From: an uncultured virus (IMG/VR IMGVR_UViG_3300008120_000127)
Taxonomy: Duplodnaviria; Heunggongvirae; Uroviricota; Caudoviricetes
IMG/VR virus record: IMGVR_UViG_3300008120_000127
Length of the DNA: 64,000 nt
Direction: 5' to 3' (one strand)
A program made the translations under genes and the position numbers. Under the pieces are notes generated by a model, which did not search any database, was not told the origin of the DNA, and was given only the letters and a program-made list of their open reading frames with translations. Positions 46,191 through 56,202 of the stretch are shown in pieces (the first letter of the stretch is position 1; the number at the start of each line of letters is the position of its first letter).

Positions 46191-48248
46191 TTACACCTTT
46201 GCGTTATCTTTTATAAATTTAATCTCGCAAGAATCTGTTGTACAATACTGTTCGCCTATCGCATCTGCTGCAAGTCCAGCATAAATTCCATCTAAATCAA
46301 TTGGTAATAGATTTTTTGATGACTCATCATAGTCATTTTGCTCTATTTGAGTATATGGCATTTGTGGATATACAAAGTTGCCTTGAGGCAAGAATGATAC
46401 GGTTTTGAGCTGACCGTCATACATATGCAAAACGGTACCCACATGATGCTTTTCTTCCTCAGAGTCAAAAGATATAGTTACAGAAACAGAGTTATCCGAC
46501 CAATATCTTTGTGCTGTTGCAGCCAAAGACATTTTTTCAAATATTGTTACATCTTTTTCTGATCTACGTGCATCAGACTTGATAGGGAAGAATACAACAG
46601 AAGTAGTATCTGGAGACTCAGATGCAGGTTCCACTCTATAATTAGCCATTTGGAACAGTGGAAGCATGGGGTCGTCATTTGCAAATCTTATTGCTCTCAA
46701 AAAGTATTTGCCACCAGGAGTCCAGTGTACGCCAGGAGATTCGCCAGCTAAAATAGATACAGTGCCAGATGGCTTAACTGTTGTGGTCTTGATTGATTCA
46801 CGTATACCAAGCCATTCTGAATAAATATTGTCATATCTCTGAACGGTCTGGTACCCATTGTCAAGCCACTCTCTTAGTACTGGCAAACCTAATCTGTCAG
46901 CAAAGTTAGCGACACCCGAAACAGATGTGCCAATTCTGCGATTTCTTTGCATGATAGCGTTTGTTTCCTCCCAGTGAGTTGGGAGCAAGGTAACAGTCTT
47001 TGCATACAGATAGGCAAACTTCAGTGTTCTCTTAAAGTCTTCTAAGGAGTCATGTCTATTTAGATATGTCTCAACTAGCGTACAACACTCGTAGGACTCT
47101 AGGGACTGCTCTGCGCATGGATTATAGCCTGCTACACGATGGTCTTTATTATTTGGCGGATCAGCCAATCGGCCATACTTTCTTGACATGTCCATCCATA
47201 TGACACCAGGTTCTCCATTTCTAGATATACCGTCAACAATTGAAGACAAATCTGTACCAACAGATGTTTCTACGGAATTATTTGACATCCAGCCCCAGCC
47301 TGGAGATTCGGCGGAGTAAGAGTTTCTTTCTGGAAACTTATCAGAATTTTTTAAATTAAGGAAGTCTTGATCATCTAAACGACCAATTAAAAGTTCGGCG
47401 GATCTGCGAACATTACCGGATACAACACAAACACCTATGGTGTTACCAATGTCAGCTATGTCTACTCTAGTTAGTTTTTGTCCAGCTCTTCCATCAAACA
47501 TTCTTCTAATATGATTATGCAGTTTGATCAATGGATCTGGGCCAGCTGCTGTACCACCAAATGTTTTAATTGGAGTACCGGATGGTCTAATCAAGGAGTA
47601 GTCAAACTGCAAAAGGTTTTGATCTGGCTTTAAATAAGAGTTAATCAAGGAAACTACAGAATTAACCCATCCTTCACGAGAGTCCTCAATTGTGTCAATA
47701 ACCATCGATTTGGTTGGTTCATATATGTTGAAATCTTTATCTGCGCCCTTATCATCAAATCCCACGCCAACGCCCAACATAGATGCCTCCATCAAAAATC
47801 CAAACGGCTTAGCGGGATTTAACTTGGTCATTTCTGATGTACTCACAAAAGCGCAGTTCTGTAAAGCAGCGGAGTTCTTTTGTACCATAACAATAGGTGT
47901 GCCCATGACCCATAGTCCTCTACCTGGCGGTGTCCACTTTAAATTGAACAATCTATCAAAAGCCTCTTTTGCAGAAGACTGAGCCTTAATGTCATTCCAC
48001 GGAAGTCTATTCTTCTTGCAATGCTCCTTTTGTAGGGAGTACATCCCATTAATAACTCTTTCACATACATCTACCCATGTTTCTTTTGTGCCATCTTCTT
48101 TCATTCTTGAATATGTTCTTAGAAACGTAATTTCGCCAACAGAATTACCCGCAGCGTCCGTATAGCCAAATGGTGCTTTTAATTTCTTATACGCTTCCAC
48201 AAAATCATCACTTAAACGAAAAGTAAACATTGATGAACCCTCAGACAT
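46191..48248 (-). CDS. nrdJ: Class II (adenosylcobalamin-dependent, monomeric RTPR-type) ribonucleotide reductase
   Basis: RTYSR, PPGRGLW, NCAF, GNVRRSA, NPCAEQ, TVKPSGT and C-terminal CTTDSC. Confidence 0.95.
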   Translation of the reverse strand: MSEGSSMFTFRLSDDFVEAYKKLKAPFGYTDAAGNSVGEITFLRTYSRMKEDGTKETWVDVCERVINGMYSLQKEHCKKNRLPWNDIKAQSSAKEAFDRLFNLKWTPPGRGLWVMGTPIVMVQKNSAALQNCAFVSTSEMTKLNPAKPFGFLMEASMLGVGVGFDDKGADKDFNIYEPTKSMVIDTIEDSREGWVNSVVSLINSYLKPDQNLLQFDYSLIRPSGTPIKTFGGTAAGPDPLIKLHNHIRRMFDGRAGQKLTRVDIADIGNTIGVCVVSGNVRRSAELLIGRLDDQDFLNLKNSDKFPERNSYSAESPGWGWMSNNSVETSVGTDLSSIVDGISRNGEPGVIWMDMSRKYGRLADPPNNKDHRVAGYNPCAEQSLESYECCTLVETYLNRHDSLEDFKRTLKFAYLYAKTVTLLPTHWEETNAIMQRNRRIGTSVSGVANFADRLGLPVLREWLDNGYQTVQRYDNIYSEWLGIRESIKTTTVKPSGTVSILAGESPGVHWTPGGKYFLRAIRFANDDPMLPLFQMANYRVEPASESPDTTSVVFFPIKSDARRSEKDVTIFEKMSLAATAQRYWSDNSVSVTISFDSEEEKHHVGTVLHMYDGQLKTVSFLPQGNFVYPQMPYTQIEQNDYDESSKNLLPIDLDGIYAGLAADAIGEQYCTTDSCEIKFIKDNAKV

Positions 48249-48954
48249 TTTGTACTCCTACCTTTTTAATATATTGACTGTTTGTTTTATTTAATTCTGC
48301 TAATTTTATTTTCTTTATTTGGTCTATTGAATAAACCTTATGTATTTGTTTTTCAAAAAAGTATCCACTTCTCCAGTTGAATACTTTATCTACATTTGAC
48401 TTATGGTTAATAAATATATTGCAAATGACTGCTCCACCATAAGCTTTGACTAGATTTGATAACTTTACCTTTAGCGCACTCATATCAATGTTTGAGCAAT
48501 TTTCATTTTCTTCGGCCTTTTGATATAGCCAATTGTAAGCCTGTCTTGTTATCGGAGAAATATCTATGGGGTCTATAATGCCAACTTCAATTGCTTGATT
48601 TCTAAGAAGTACAACTTTTAAGTCTTCCTCTAATATATCAAGATACATGGAAAACCAATCATGCTTGTTAAATTGTGCCCATCCAGTGCACCAGAACAAT
48701 AGGTTGGTAGGAGGATCTGGTATTGCAGTTTTTTCCACAAAGGGCAAAATCGTTGCACAGCTGATTGCCTTTTTGACATGCTCCTTAGCCAAATCTTCGT
48801 TACGAAGTTTGTTGACAGAATTTGTCCATAAAGTCTTGATTGGCTGCTCCCAACTAACGTCAGCAACATATAGTCTTAGATATTTTTCTGCAACAGATAA
48901 TGGCAGTGTCTTGTTTGTAATTGCTTCCTGAACTTCTTGTATAGACATCCTCAA
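48241..48954 (-). CDS. Hypothetical protein
   Basis: ORF track. Confidence 0.75.
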   Translation of the reverse strand: MRMSIQEVQEAITNKTLPLSVAEKYLRLYVADVSWEQPIKTLWTNSVNKLRNEDLAKEHVKKAISCATILPFVEKTAIPDPPTNLLFWCTGWAQFNKHDWFSMYLDILEEDLKVVLLRNQAIEVGIIDPIDISPITRQAYNWLYQKAEENENCSNIDMSALKVKLSNLVKAYGGAVICNIFINHKSNVDKVFNWRSGYFFEKQIHKVYSIDQIKKIKLAELNKTNSQYIKKVGVQNV

Positions 48955-49010
48955 TCCTAAATAAGCTCACATAAATTGGTTTAAACATATATATTTGCCA
49001 GTATAAAGAG

Positions 49011-49040
49011 ACAGCCCCGTCGATTTCAGACGGGGCCGTT
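49011..49040 (-). terminator. GC-rich hairpin, probable terminator
   Basis: Minus strand acggccccgtc-tgaaatc-gacggggctgt followed by ctcttt. Confidence 0.65.
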
Positions 49041-49065
49041 GCTCTATCGGCTTTCTGACGGATAT

Positions 49066-49074
49066 ATTATATCA
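49066..49074 (-). promoter_or_regulatory. Extended -10 promoter (TGATATAAT)
   Basis: Intergenic, ahead of the RNR/nucleotide operon. Confidence 0.55.
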
Positions 49075-49100
49075 CGCCATAGCCGTTATGTAATGCTAAA

Positions 49101-49301
49101 TCAGCCTTTCAAAGTTGCTGCACTTTCTGCGTCACCAATCTTTGTGGCGGCAAAACCTTTAATTACGCTTATGCCAGCAGCAACAGCAGCTGTTGCAGCA
49201 GACTTAAGCTCATCAACACCACCAACTGTATAAACAGCTACAAAAGCCTGAACTGCTGTCCAAACTGCTCTTTCAATAATATCTTTATATAATTTAGTCA
49301 T
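49101..49301 (-). CDS. Holin, r1t-like
   Basis: KDIIERAVWTAVQAFVAV...AVAAGISVIK. Confidence 0.75.
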   Translation of the reverse strand: MTKLYKDIIERAVWTAVQAFVAVYTVGGVDELKSAATAAVAAGISVIKGFAATKIGDAESAATLKG

Positions 49302-49313
49302 ACAACTCCTTTG

Positions 49314-49592
49314 TTAAGAATACTTTTTTCGAACCAACTTCTCTATAAGAAGATGAAAAGTTAAACCTAACCACGCTCCTACTGGTATTATTCCTGTTAA
49401 TGGTTTTTCAGTTAATCTCCAAAAAGATCTAGTTAAGGTCTCAATCTTTTTGGACTTTATAGCGTATATGTCATACGCTATAATTCCTAATACTAATCCT
49501 CCCCAAGCGATTGTACCACTTTTTCTTTCTTCTTTTTCAAGAATCAAAGGGGAACTTATAGCATCAGAGAGCTTGAGCCGAAGGGACCCCAT
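49314..49592 (-). CDS. Membrane protein
   Basis: AWGGLVLGIIAYD...ETLT...AWLGLTFHL; start uncertain. Confidence 0.65.
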   Translation of the reverse strand: MGSLRLKLSDAISSPLILEKEERKSGTIAWGGLVLGIIAYDIYAIKSKKIETLTRSFWRLTEKPLTGIIPVGAWLGLTFHLLIEKLVRKKYS

Positions 49593-50196
49593 ACCACTCT
49601 TGAACTTTTTCACGACCATAGTCTCCAGTTGTATTAGCTTGACCATAACCAGAAGTGAATATAACAGAGCTTGTTACACCCTGGAACTCACTTGGCTTGA
49701 ACAAGCCAAACGATGCCGGAGCACCTCCGGCTTCAGTTCTTGGTCCATGGCCAGTGTCAGCAAATATATTAGCAGATGTTACGCCGTCAAAGATGTAATT
49801 ATTGTAAAGAGAATATTCTCTAACTCTTGTTCCGGCGTGACCATAATCAGAAGGGAAGGCCTGAGCGCCAGCAAGACCCTTATATTCTAGAGGTCGGAAT
49901 CTTGCGCCATCGTATGTTCCAGTGCCATCTGGGAAGGTGCCAGATAGAGGGTGGATATAAAGTGATGTTCCGTTAAACACCTGTGACAAGAATCTATTAC
50001 CTGGGAACTGACCTGTTCCAGGTGCAAAATGATTGTCAGGGGCACCGTCTAAAACGTGACTAGTGCTATAAAGTGGGTAGAAAGAATATGTTCCAGTACC
50101 CTTAGACTTTCCAGTCATTGTAGTGTATGGGTTTACCATCTCGGACGATGATCTACCCTTTAAAACTGGTCTAGGTCCTACATAAAAAGTAGCCAT
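49564..50196 (-). CDS. Hypothetical, probably virion protein
   Basis: Gly/aromatic-rich; AGGAG SD; TTACTAT motif upstream. Confidence 0.7.
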   Translation of the reverse strand: MATFYVGPRPVLKGRSSSEMVNPYTTMTGKSKGTGTYSFYPLYSTSHVLDGAPDNHFAPGTGQFPGNRFLSQVFNGTSLYIHPLSGTFPDGTGTYDGARFRPLEYKGLAGAQAFPSDYGHAGTRVREYSLYNNYIFDGVTSANIFADTGHGPRTEAGGAPASFGLFKPSEFQGVTSSVIFTSGYGQANTTGDYGREKVQEWYGVPSAQAL

Positions 50197-50228
50197 TTAT
50201 TTTCTCCTTGTCAGAAATCCGTATACTT

Positions 50229-50235
50229 ATAGTAA
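50229..50235 (-). promoter_or_regulatory. TTACTAT putative late promoter
   Basis: 33 nt upstream of the ATG at 50196. Confidence 0.6.
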
Positions 50236-50242
50236 TTTTAAG

Positions 50243-51496
50243 TTAGATATATTCAATGATTAAATCAGAAAGAACCGGGGCAGTCTTGTCATCTAGCTGA
50301 TTAAGAGTTACCTCTATCCAAACATGATTATTTGCACCCGGATTAGTTAGGCTATAAGTGCCGGCGTCGTCATATATAATCCTATAACTAAACGCTTCGT
50401 CCAATTGGCTTTCTGCTACGTTATATATTTTTGGTGAGACATTTGTCACTTCTTCTATTACCTCGCCAGCTGGGGCAGAATACTTTATAATCATTTTTCC
50501 AGTCTGTAGATACTTTTCATACTTCACATCAAGATCAGACAAACCATATGTATATACATATTTTGATGTCTCTGTTAAATAATTCTTTTGATGCATCTTT
50601 ACTCTTATGGCGGTTATGTTTGCCTCTGGAAACTGGAAGCAGAGGGGACCAGAGTTTTTTATAGAATCAGAACCAAGGACTGACCATCCACCAGGAGCAA
50701 CCTTGCCTATTGCAGAGGGTACGGAATCATAGAAGCTATTCTTATTTAGGGGTATCCAAGTATCTGAAGATGACAAAGATGGATTATCTACCGTTGTATA
50801 TTCAATTGAATATATTTCGCAGCCAAAAGATGGGAAAGGATTTAGTTTTATGACATTAGACTTTAATATACCTACCGCATCGTTGGGTATTTGAACATAC
50901 AGCATTAGCTGTGCCCCAGTTGTTGGGTTGGTGTCTGAAACCACCGTTCTTCTCCAAACCTTATCTGGAGCATCCAGTATGCAATTGTATATTGGAGTAC
51001 TGTCTATAACTGCCCCAGAAGTGTCAACTCCAGCATAGGATATGTCGATTCTAGTCTTAAAATAATCAGGCACTATTTGACCTACTCCTGATTGGCCAAA
51101 TTTTAGCTTAGAGAATGAACCGCTTGAAACCTTTGGCAAAGTTACAATATTATAAATTGGATCAAAACTTAATAGCTCTGTTCCAGAAACAGCAAAACTT
51201 GTGCCAACAAAATTGGCGTAGTCAAGCTGCGAGAAAGAATATATTGACAATACATTCGAAGCAGACTCTAAAGCTGTTACTCTATCACTTAAGTCCTGTA
51301 TTGCATTAGCTAGGAATACATGATCTTTTAAAACTCTTTCAAAAGCCGTAGCCAACTTGGCATCTATGATATTTGCCCGATTATAAAGATAAACTAGATC
51401 CTGATAATTTTCCTCTATTCTTGCGTTATAATCGGAACTATCTACAGGACCATTATATTTGTAATCTCTTTTTTTAGTCTTTAATATATCTGCCAT
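50243..51496 (-). CDS. Putative virion (baseplate/tail) protein
   Basis: N-terminal coiled coil plus beta-rich body; shares motifs with its neighbours. Confidence 0.65.
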   Translation of the reverse strand: MADILKTKKRDYKYNGPVDSSDYNARIEENYQDLVYLYNRANIIDAKLATAFERVLKDHVFLANAIQDLSDRVTALESASNVLSIYSFSQLDYANFVGTSFAVSGTELLSFDPIYNIVTLPKVSSGSFSKLKFGQSGVGQIVPDYFKTRIDISYAGVDTSGAVIDSTPIYNCILDAPDKVWRRTVVSDTNPTTGAQLMLYVQIPNDAVGILKSNVIKLNPFPSFGCEIYSIEYTTVDNPSLSSSDTWIPLNKNSFYDSVPSAIGKVAPGGWSVLGSDSIKNSGPLCFQFPEANITAIRVKMHQKNYLTETSKYVYTYGLSDLDVKYEKYLQTGKMIIKYSAPAGEVIEEVTNVSPKIYNVAESQLDEAFSYRIIYDDAGTYSLTNPGANNHVWIEVTLNQLDDKTAPVLSDLIIEYI

Positions 51497-51497
51497 A

Positions 51498-51893
51498 TCA
51501 TTCACCGTTTTCTAATCTAGAAACTTTATTAATTAATCTAGACAATTTACCACTCAATTTATTAGTGGTATCTATTGTCAGTTCTTCTAATGCTGGACTT
51601 GCTTCATCAATATATGTCTGTATGCCAGGAAAGTCGTAAGCTATACCATCGTCTAACCTAGCCTGCTCTGTATAGTCTGTTATATCTCCAACAAAATATG
51701 TTATCTTATCTAGGATTGAATCATCTATTTCATCCAAATGTTTTAGTATTCTAGAAAAATCTATCTTTAACAAATTGCTTTCTAAATTTTCCATTAAACT
51801 ACTTCTGGGAGACTTGAGCTTTACTCTATCTATTTGATAAAGTGGTTCAATTATCCTATTTATTTTATTAGAATTTCTATAGCTGATAGCCAT
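51498..51893 (-). CDS. Hypothetical protein in the structural operon
   Basis: ORF track. Confidence 0.65.
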   Translation of the reverse strand: MAISYRNSNKINRIIEPLYQIDRVKLKSPRSSLMENLESNLLKIDFSRILKHLDEIDDSILDKITYFVGDITDYTEQARLDDGIAYDFPGIQTYIDEASPALEELTIDTTNKLSGKLSRLINKVSRLENGE

Positions 51894-51894
51894 T

Positions 51895-54039
51895 TTATCC
51901 TTCTTCGTTGTGTCTAAATTTAATTCTTACATTATCTATTATTGGAGAAATTAAAGGATTCTTATCCCTATATAAATCAGCCCTATATCTAACTGCCCTA
52001 ACTGCAGTTGAGTTTTCTCCATAATAAACTATTTGAGATCTGCCAGACAAATGTCTTGAACATAAAACTTCTTGCGCACCAAATGCACTATCTACAGTGA
52101 AAACGTAATTACTCTGCGATACTCTTTGTCTGAACTCATAAGGGTCCAAGTAAGAATAGTAATCCAGGAAGACGGTTCCATAATCGGATAGTCTTCTTCC
52201 AGACATAATATTGAACGTGATAAGACCCTCAAAGTTTTTATCATAGGTTATTTTAATGTAATTTATTCCTGTTTTAAAATTCCACTCAATGTCTTTAGAT
52301 AAAACTCCAGCTGGCAAGTCTGCAATCAGTACATCATTTAGATATATCGCCAAAGTAAAATCTTCCCTACTCTTGGTAACCGTATGTATAACTGTATTTT
52401 CTCTCACTGTAGAAACACTTGCTTCTAGCAATCCAGAACATATTCCATTAAATCCAGGACTTATTGAATTAAGTTGGTTTTCAATAGGACTAGTTTGAGT
52501 AATGTCTGATGAAGACTGTGATATTTTTTGAGTCCATATATTTAAGGATTTGTAATACTGCTCCGTTATATTGGAATTTGAAGATCTCAATAGAGCATAG
52601 TTTCTTATTGAATTAATTCCATTTAAAATAAATGGTTGCTTTATCTCATCTGTTCCAACGTTGCAAATTCTATAAACAGTTTTACCTGAATATATATTGG
52701 TACTTGGATTTAGCTCGTTCACATTATTCGAAGTAGAATTCAAATCTATCAACTCATAGCCACCTGCCACTCCAGCGCCATCATAAATTAGCTTAGTATT
52801 TCTATTTGTTGTTTGTAGATTTACGATGGTTGGATTTGAGGTTGATAAAGAATTTTCTGGATTAATTGCTATCCAATTAAATCCATCGACTCCAGTTGAC
52901 CCAGGAACATCTGCAGCAATAAAGTAGTCAATATCATAACCTGGGCCAATCTGATGCTGAACGCTGAGACTAACTGATTCTATAGAAAGTAGACCATTGT
53001 CAACTTCAGGTATTGATATTGGAGAAGAAACTATTGTAGCTCTTCTATCGTGATATTTTGAGCCGATATATATATCTCTTAAGCCAAACTCATAAATATA
53101 TGGTTTATCAGAATTATTTAAAATTTCATCAGGGAATGTTTTAAATAATATTAATGTAATACTCGAATAGTTTAATGGATTTAAGTTAAATGAGAATCTG
53201 TCATAATCAGATCTAGAATCCTTGATTATATTTTGTTCTGGCATTTCTGGGTTTAGAGGCTTTGCCAAGACTCCGATTCCTACACCAGAAGAAGCTAGCA
53301 AAGTTCCTTCAATTTTAGATATTACATAATTAGAATTGACAGGGATTGTTATAATCGCGCTGACCACTCCAAGTTGTGATGACTCATATCTATAAGACCA
53401 GTATGTATCAGTTAATCCATCTGTAACATTTTCCAAATCAGAAATTACAGATGGGCTAACGACCTGTGTTCCATTTAGATCAACAGAAAGTGTTACACTA
53501 GACGGGCTAATTAATGATGATGTTATCATGTCAAATACACCAGAATTAATTATGGGTATTGTTACATTACCAGCCTTGACATCAACAAAGGCGTCAGTTA
53601 AAGTTAGGTCAATATCCTTAGTTGATGTAAAATTTTCTAAGTAAGAATAGAAAAATCCATCAGAATTATTTATAGCAAAAATCAACTCATCGACTTTTGC
53701 CTCAAGCTCTCTCCGTTTAGATTTAAGATTTTCTAATCTCTTATTAAGAGCAGTTATTGTCGACATCATCTGGTAATTATTTTCAGTTGTGCAGTCATAA
53801 GCTACTTCTAAATTAAATAGAGCTTTAATCATTAACTCATTTAAATCTTCATGATCAAAAACATTCTTTCTAGTAAAAATGTCATAATCCATAGGTATTG
53901 GATAACCTAACTTATAGATAGAAAAATAATCATTAAATAATTTTCTAATTTCTATTTCACTAGGTCTAGTTCCAGAGGAATACAATAATTTATTTACATT
54001 ATTAAGAAACTTTAACTTTTGTACACTCGCTATGTTCAT
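51895..54039 (-). CDS. Putative virion (baseplate/tail) protein
   Basis: Coiled coil, DGLTDTYW and YEFGLRDI. Confidence 0.65.
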   Translation of the reverse strand: MNIASVQKLKFLNNVNKLLYSSGTRPSEIEIRKLFNDYFSIYKLGYPIPMDYDIFTRKNVFDHEDLNELMIKALFNLEVAYDCTTENNYQMMSTITALNKRLENLKSKRRELEAKVDELIFAINNSDGFFYSYLENFTSTKDIDLTLTDAFVDVKAGNVTIPIINSGVFDMITSSLISPSSVTLSVDLNGTQVVSPSVISDLENVTDGLTDTYWSYRYESSQLGVVSAIITIPVNSNYVISKIEGTLLASSGVGIGVLAKPLNPEMPEQNIIKDSRSDYDRFSFNLNPLNYSSITLILFKTFPDEILNNSDKPYIYEFGLRDIYIGSKYHDRRATIVSSPISIPEVDNGLLSIESVSLSVQHQIGPGYDIDYFIAADVPGSTGVDGFNWIAINPENSLSTSNPTIVNLQTTNRNTKLIYDGAGVAGGYELIDLNSTSNNVNELNPSTNIYSGKTVYRICNVGTDEIKQPFILNGINSIRNYALLRSSNSNITEQYYKSLNIWTQKISQSSSDITQTSPIENQLNSISPGFNGICSGLLEASVSTVRENTVIHTVTKSREDFTLAIYLNDVLIADLPAGVLSKDIEWNFKTGINYIKITYDKNFEGLITFNIMSGRRLSDYGTVFLDYYSYLDPYEFRQRVSQSNYVFTVDSAFGAQEVLCSRHLSGRSQIVYYGENSTAVRAVRYRADLYRDKNPLISPIIDNVRIKFRHNEEG

Positions 54040-56192
54040 GACCGTTTTACCTTAGCTATTAATTGATATGAATATATATTTGGCGTAAAGTTATACGCAC
54101 CCTTTTTCTGTGCAACTATTTTAACAGTGATATCTTTAACTTCTTTTGGAATTATGGGGAAAGATAAGTATGACGCTCCAGACAATCTGTACTCATCAAG
54201 TATTGATTGGTTAAAAAATACTATTTCAGGGGTGCCGGTAAAATCTAGTTGAACCGGAGAAACCTCTATCCAATTAGAACCTTGATCTGCTGATATGTAT
54301 GTTTGAATATTAGTTCTTCCAGAATGCACTTCATCTATAGACGCCTGGACATCCAGCATCACTGATTCAACCGGGTAATCAAATTTAAACGGGAAAGATA
54401 TGACCTGCATTTCATCTATGTATGTTTCCCGATAAACGTCAATATCCCTAATTCCTATGGCCCATCTCTTTGCCTTGTAGAATTCCTCTTCTTGCTCAAC
54501 TATAACTCTATAAGAAATTTCTTTTTGAATAGGAACAAATGACTGCTGCACAATTGATATATCCTGCAGAGTGCCAAGTTCTTCATCCACATATGGGGTA
54601 GCGCCAAAGTATAAGTCAAGTAAATCGTTTAAATCTTCTTGAGCAGCTGATGGTGCATCGTAGTTCTTGGTAATATAGCTGTCTTCGTCTTTTATTATTT
54701 CAGAAATAAATTCAGCCTCTTCACCAACAACTTTCCATCTATTGAAATAAACAGTTGAATTAACAGGAGTTGCTGATTCATTTACAAAAGAAGCTGCTAT
54801 AAAATAAGCATTCAGAGAAGTTGGCTTCTTTTTTAGGGCAACATTAATGTCAGCGACATTTTGCGTAGTAGTTTTATATTTGGTTGGATTGGATAAAGTT
54901 GGAATTAATTGATATTTATTATACTTAATTGACTCATATATATCCCTACTTAGAGCGTCTGGGTTAAATCTAGATAGATTAACAAATGGATTATTCACAT
55001 TTGTAGAACTTGGCTTCCAATAAACATGCTTAATATCAATATTAGAATATGTGGGTTGCCTAAAGGATATCTCTATTTTAGAAACTTGTCTTTCGGGAAA
55101 ACGTACTGTCGCTTTATTGTAAAAATAATTTTGCGCTAACTCAATATTCAACGGAACTAAAGATGAACCTATAAAAATGGTATTCTTTAAAACATTTTCA
55201 GATGATCCATCTTTAGCAAAAACTAAAACTTCTGTAACTTCTACGTACTTAGATGACCCAAAAAATGGAGTTATGTCAATACTATTTGCAATCCTGCCAG
55301 AATTTGATGTTAACTTTAACTTAAGAGTTAACGGTTCTGATTCCGGATGAGATGACCAATCTATCGTATTTGACTCGTTCGCATTTGAGCTATTCATTTC
55401 TGTTTTTAGGAACTTAAATTCGTTCTCTTGTGCAATGGTCGTTAATGGTGGTCTTGCTGTTGATTTATCAACATTAATATTTTCGTACTCAAAATAGGAA
55501 AGAGGGTTATTGTCGACTATGCTTCTTAAGTTATTTAATGTTTTATTGTTTTCAAAAACGTATTTATATTCTGAAGTATTTTCATCATTATTAGCCTTAA
55601 CCACTTGGTGGCTATTTCCTATGAACCCATTTCCCGATACCACCTCTATTGCATCGGGCACCCATCTTTTAGAGGATTCTATTGCGAATGATGCAATCCC
55701 TCCTCTGATTAATGGATTGGATCCTTTTGCTATTTTTGTGTAGTCGATAAGGTCATCATTTTCAAATGAATCACCGATATATATTAAATCATCAGATGGG
55801 CTACGAGAATACATTTGCAAAATCTTGCACTTTGATGCTATTCTTTCTGAGTATCTTTTTTCTCCTTCGATTTCTTTGGAAAATAAATTAAATACACTTA
55901 TTGTTTTGGCATTAAGGTAGTCAATTTGCTTCGATAATACAGAGACATCTTGGGCGTACTCTGCAAAGAATTTGTTAAACTTTTCAGACCTGGGAGGCTC
56001 ACCTTTAATAAAGGGAGAATAGGAAGCTAAAGGTGCACCTATTTGATTCTTAATTTCATTTAATATATTTATATACTGTTCTGCTATTTCATCTTTTGTA
56101 ATAAGAGAAGCAGAATTTATTGCGGTAATCAATTGGCCCACTTTGTGAACCATTTGCTGGTATGGCATTGTGCTTGCTGATAATTGTGTCAT
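54036..56192 (-). CDS. Putative virion (baseplate/tail) protein
   Basis: Coiled coil, DNNPLSYFEYE and WAIGIRDI. Confidence 0.65.
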   Translation of the reverse strand: MTQLSASTMPYQQMVHKVGQLITAINSASLITKDEIAEQYINILNEIKNQIGAPLASYSPFIKGEPPRSEKFNKFFAEYAQDVSVLSKQIDYLNAKTISVFNLFSKEIEGEKRYSERIASKCKILQMYSRSPSDDLIYIGDSFENDDLIDYTKIAKGSNPLIRGGIASFAIESSKRWVPDAIEVVSGNGFIGNSHQVVKANNDENTSEYKYVFENNKTLNNLRSIVDNNPLSYFEYENINVDKSTARPPLTTIAQENEFKFLKTEMNSSNANESNTIDWSSHPESEPLTLKLKLTSNSGRIANSIDITPFFGSSKYVEVTEVLVFAKDGSSENVLKNTIFIGSSLVPLNIELAQNYFYNKATVRFPERQVSKIEISFRQPTYSNIDIKHVYWKPSSTNVNNPFVNLSRFNPDALSRDIYESIKYNKYQLIPTLSNPTKYKTTTQNVADINVALKKKPTSLNAYFIAASFVNESATPVNSTVYFNRWKVVGEEAEFISEIIKDEDSYITKNYDAPSAAQEDLNDLLDLYFGATPYVDEELGTLQDISIVQQSFVPIQKEISYRVIVEQEEEFYKAKRWAIGIRDIDVYRETYIDEMQVISFPFKFDYPVESVMLDVQASIDEVHSGRTNIQTYISADQGSNWIEVSPVQLDFTGTPEIVFFNQSILDEYRLSGASYLSFPIIPKEVKDITVKIVAQKKGAYNFTPNIYSYQLIAKVKRS

Positions 56193-56202
56193 AATATTCT
56201 CT

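Noticed and set aside
30855..48248. Inteins or introns in dnaE, dnaB or nrdJ
   Set aside because: Lengths and motif spacing are normal; no splice-junction or homing-endonuclease motifs were seen.
48955..49100. Cobalamin riboswitch ahead of the class II RNR operon
   Set aside because: Too short, with no recognisable B12 box.
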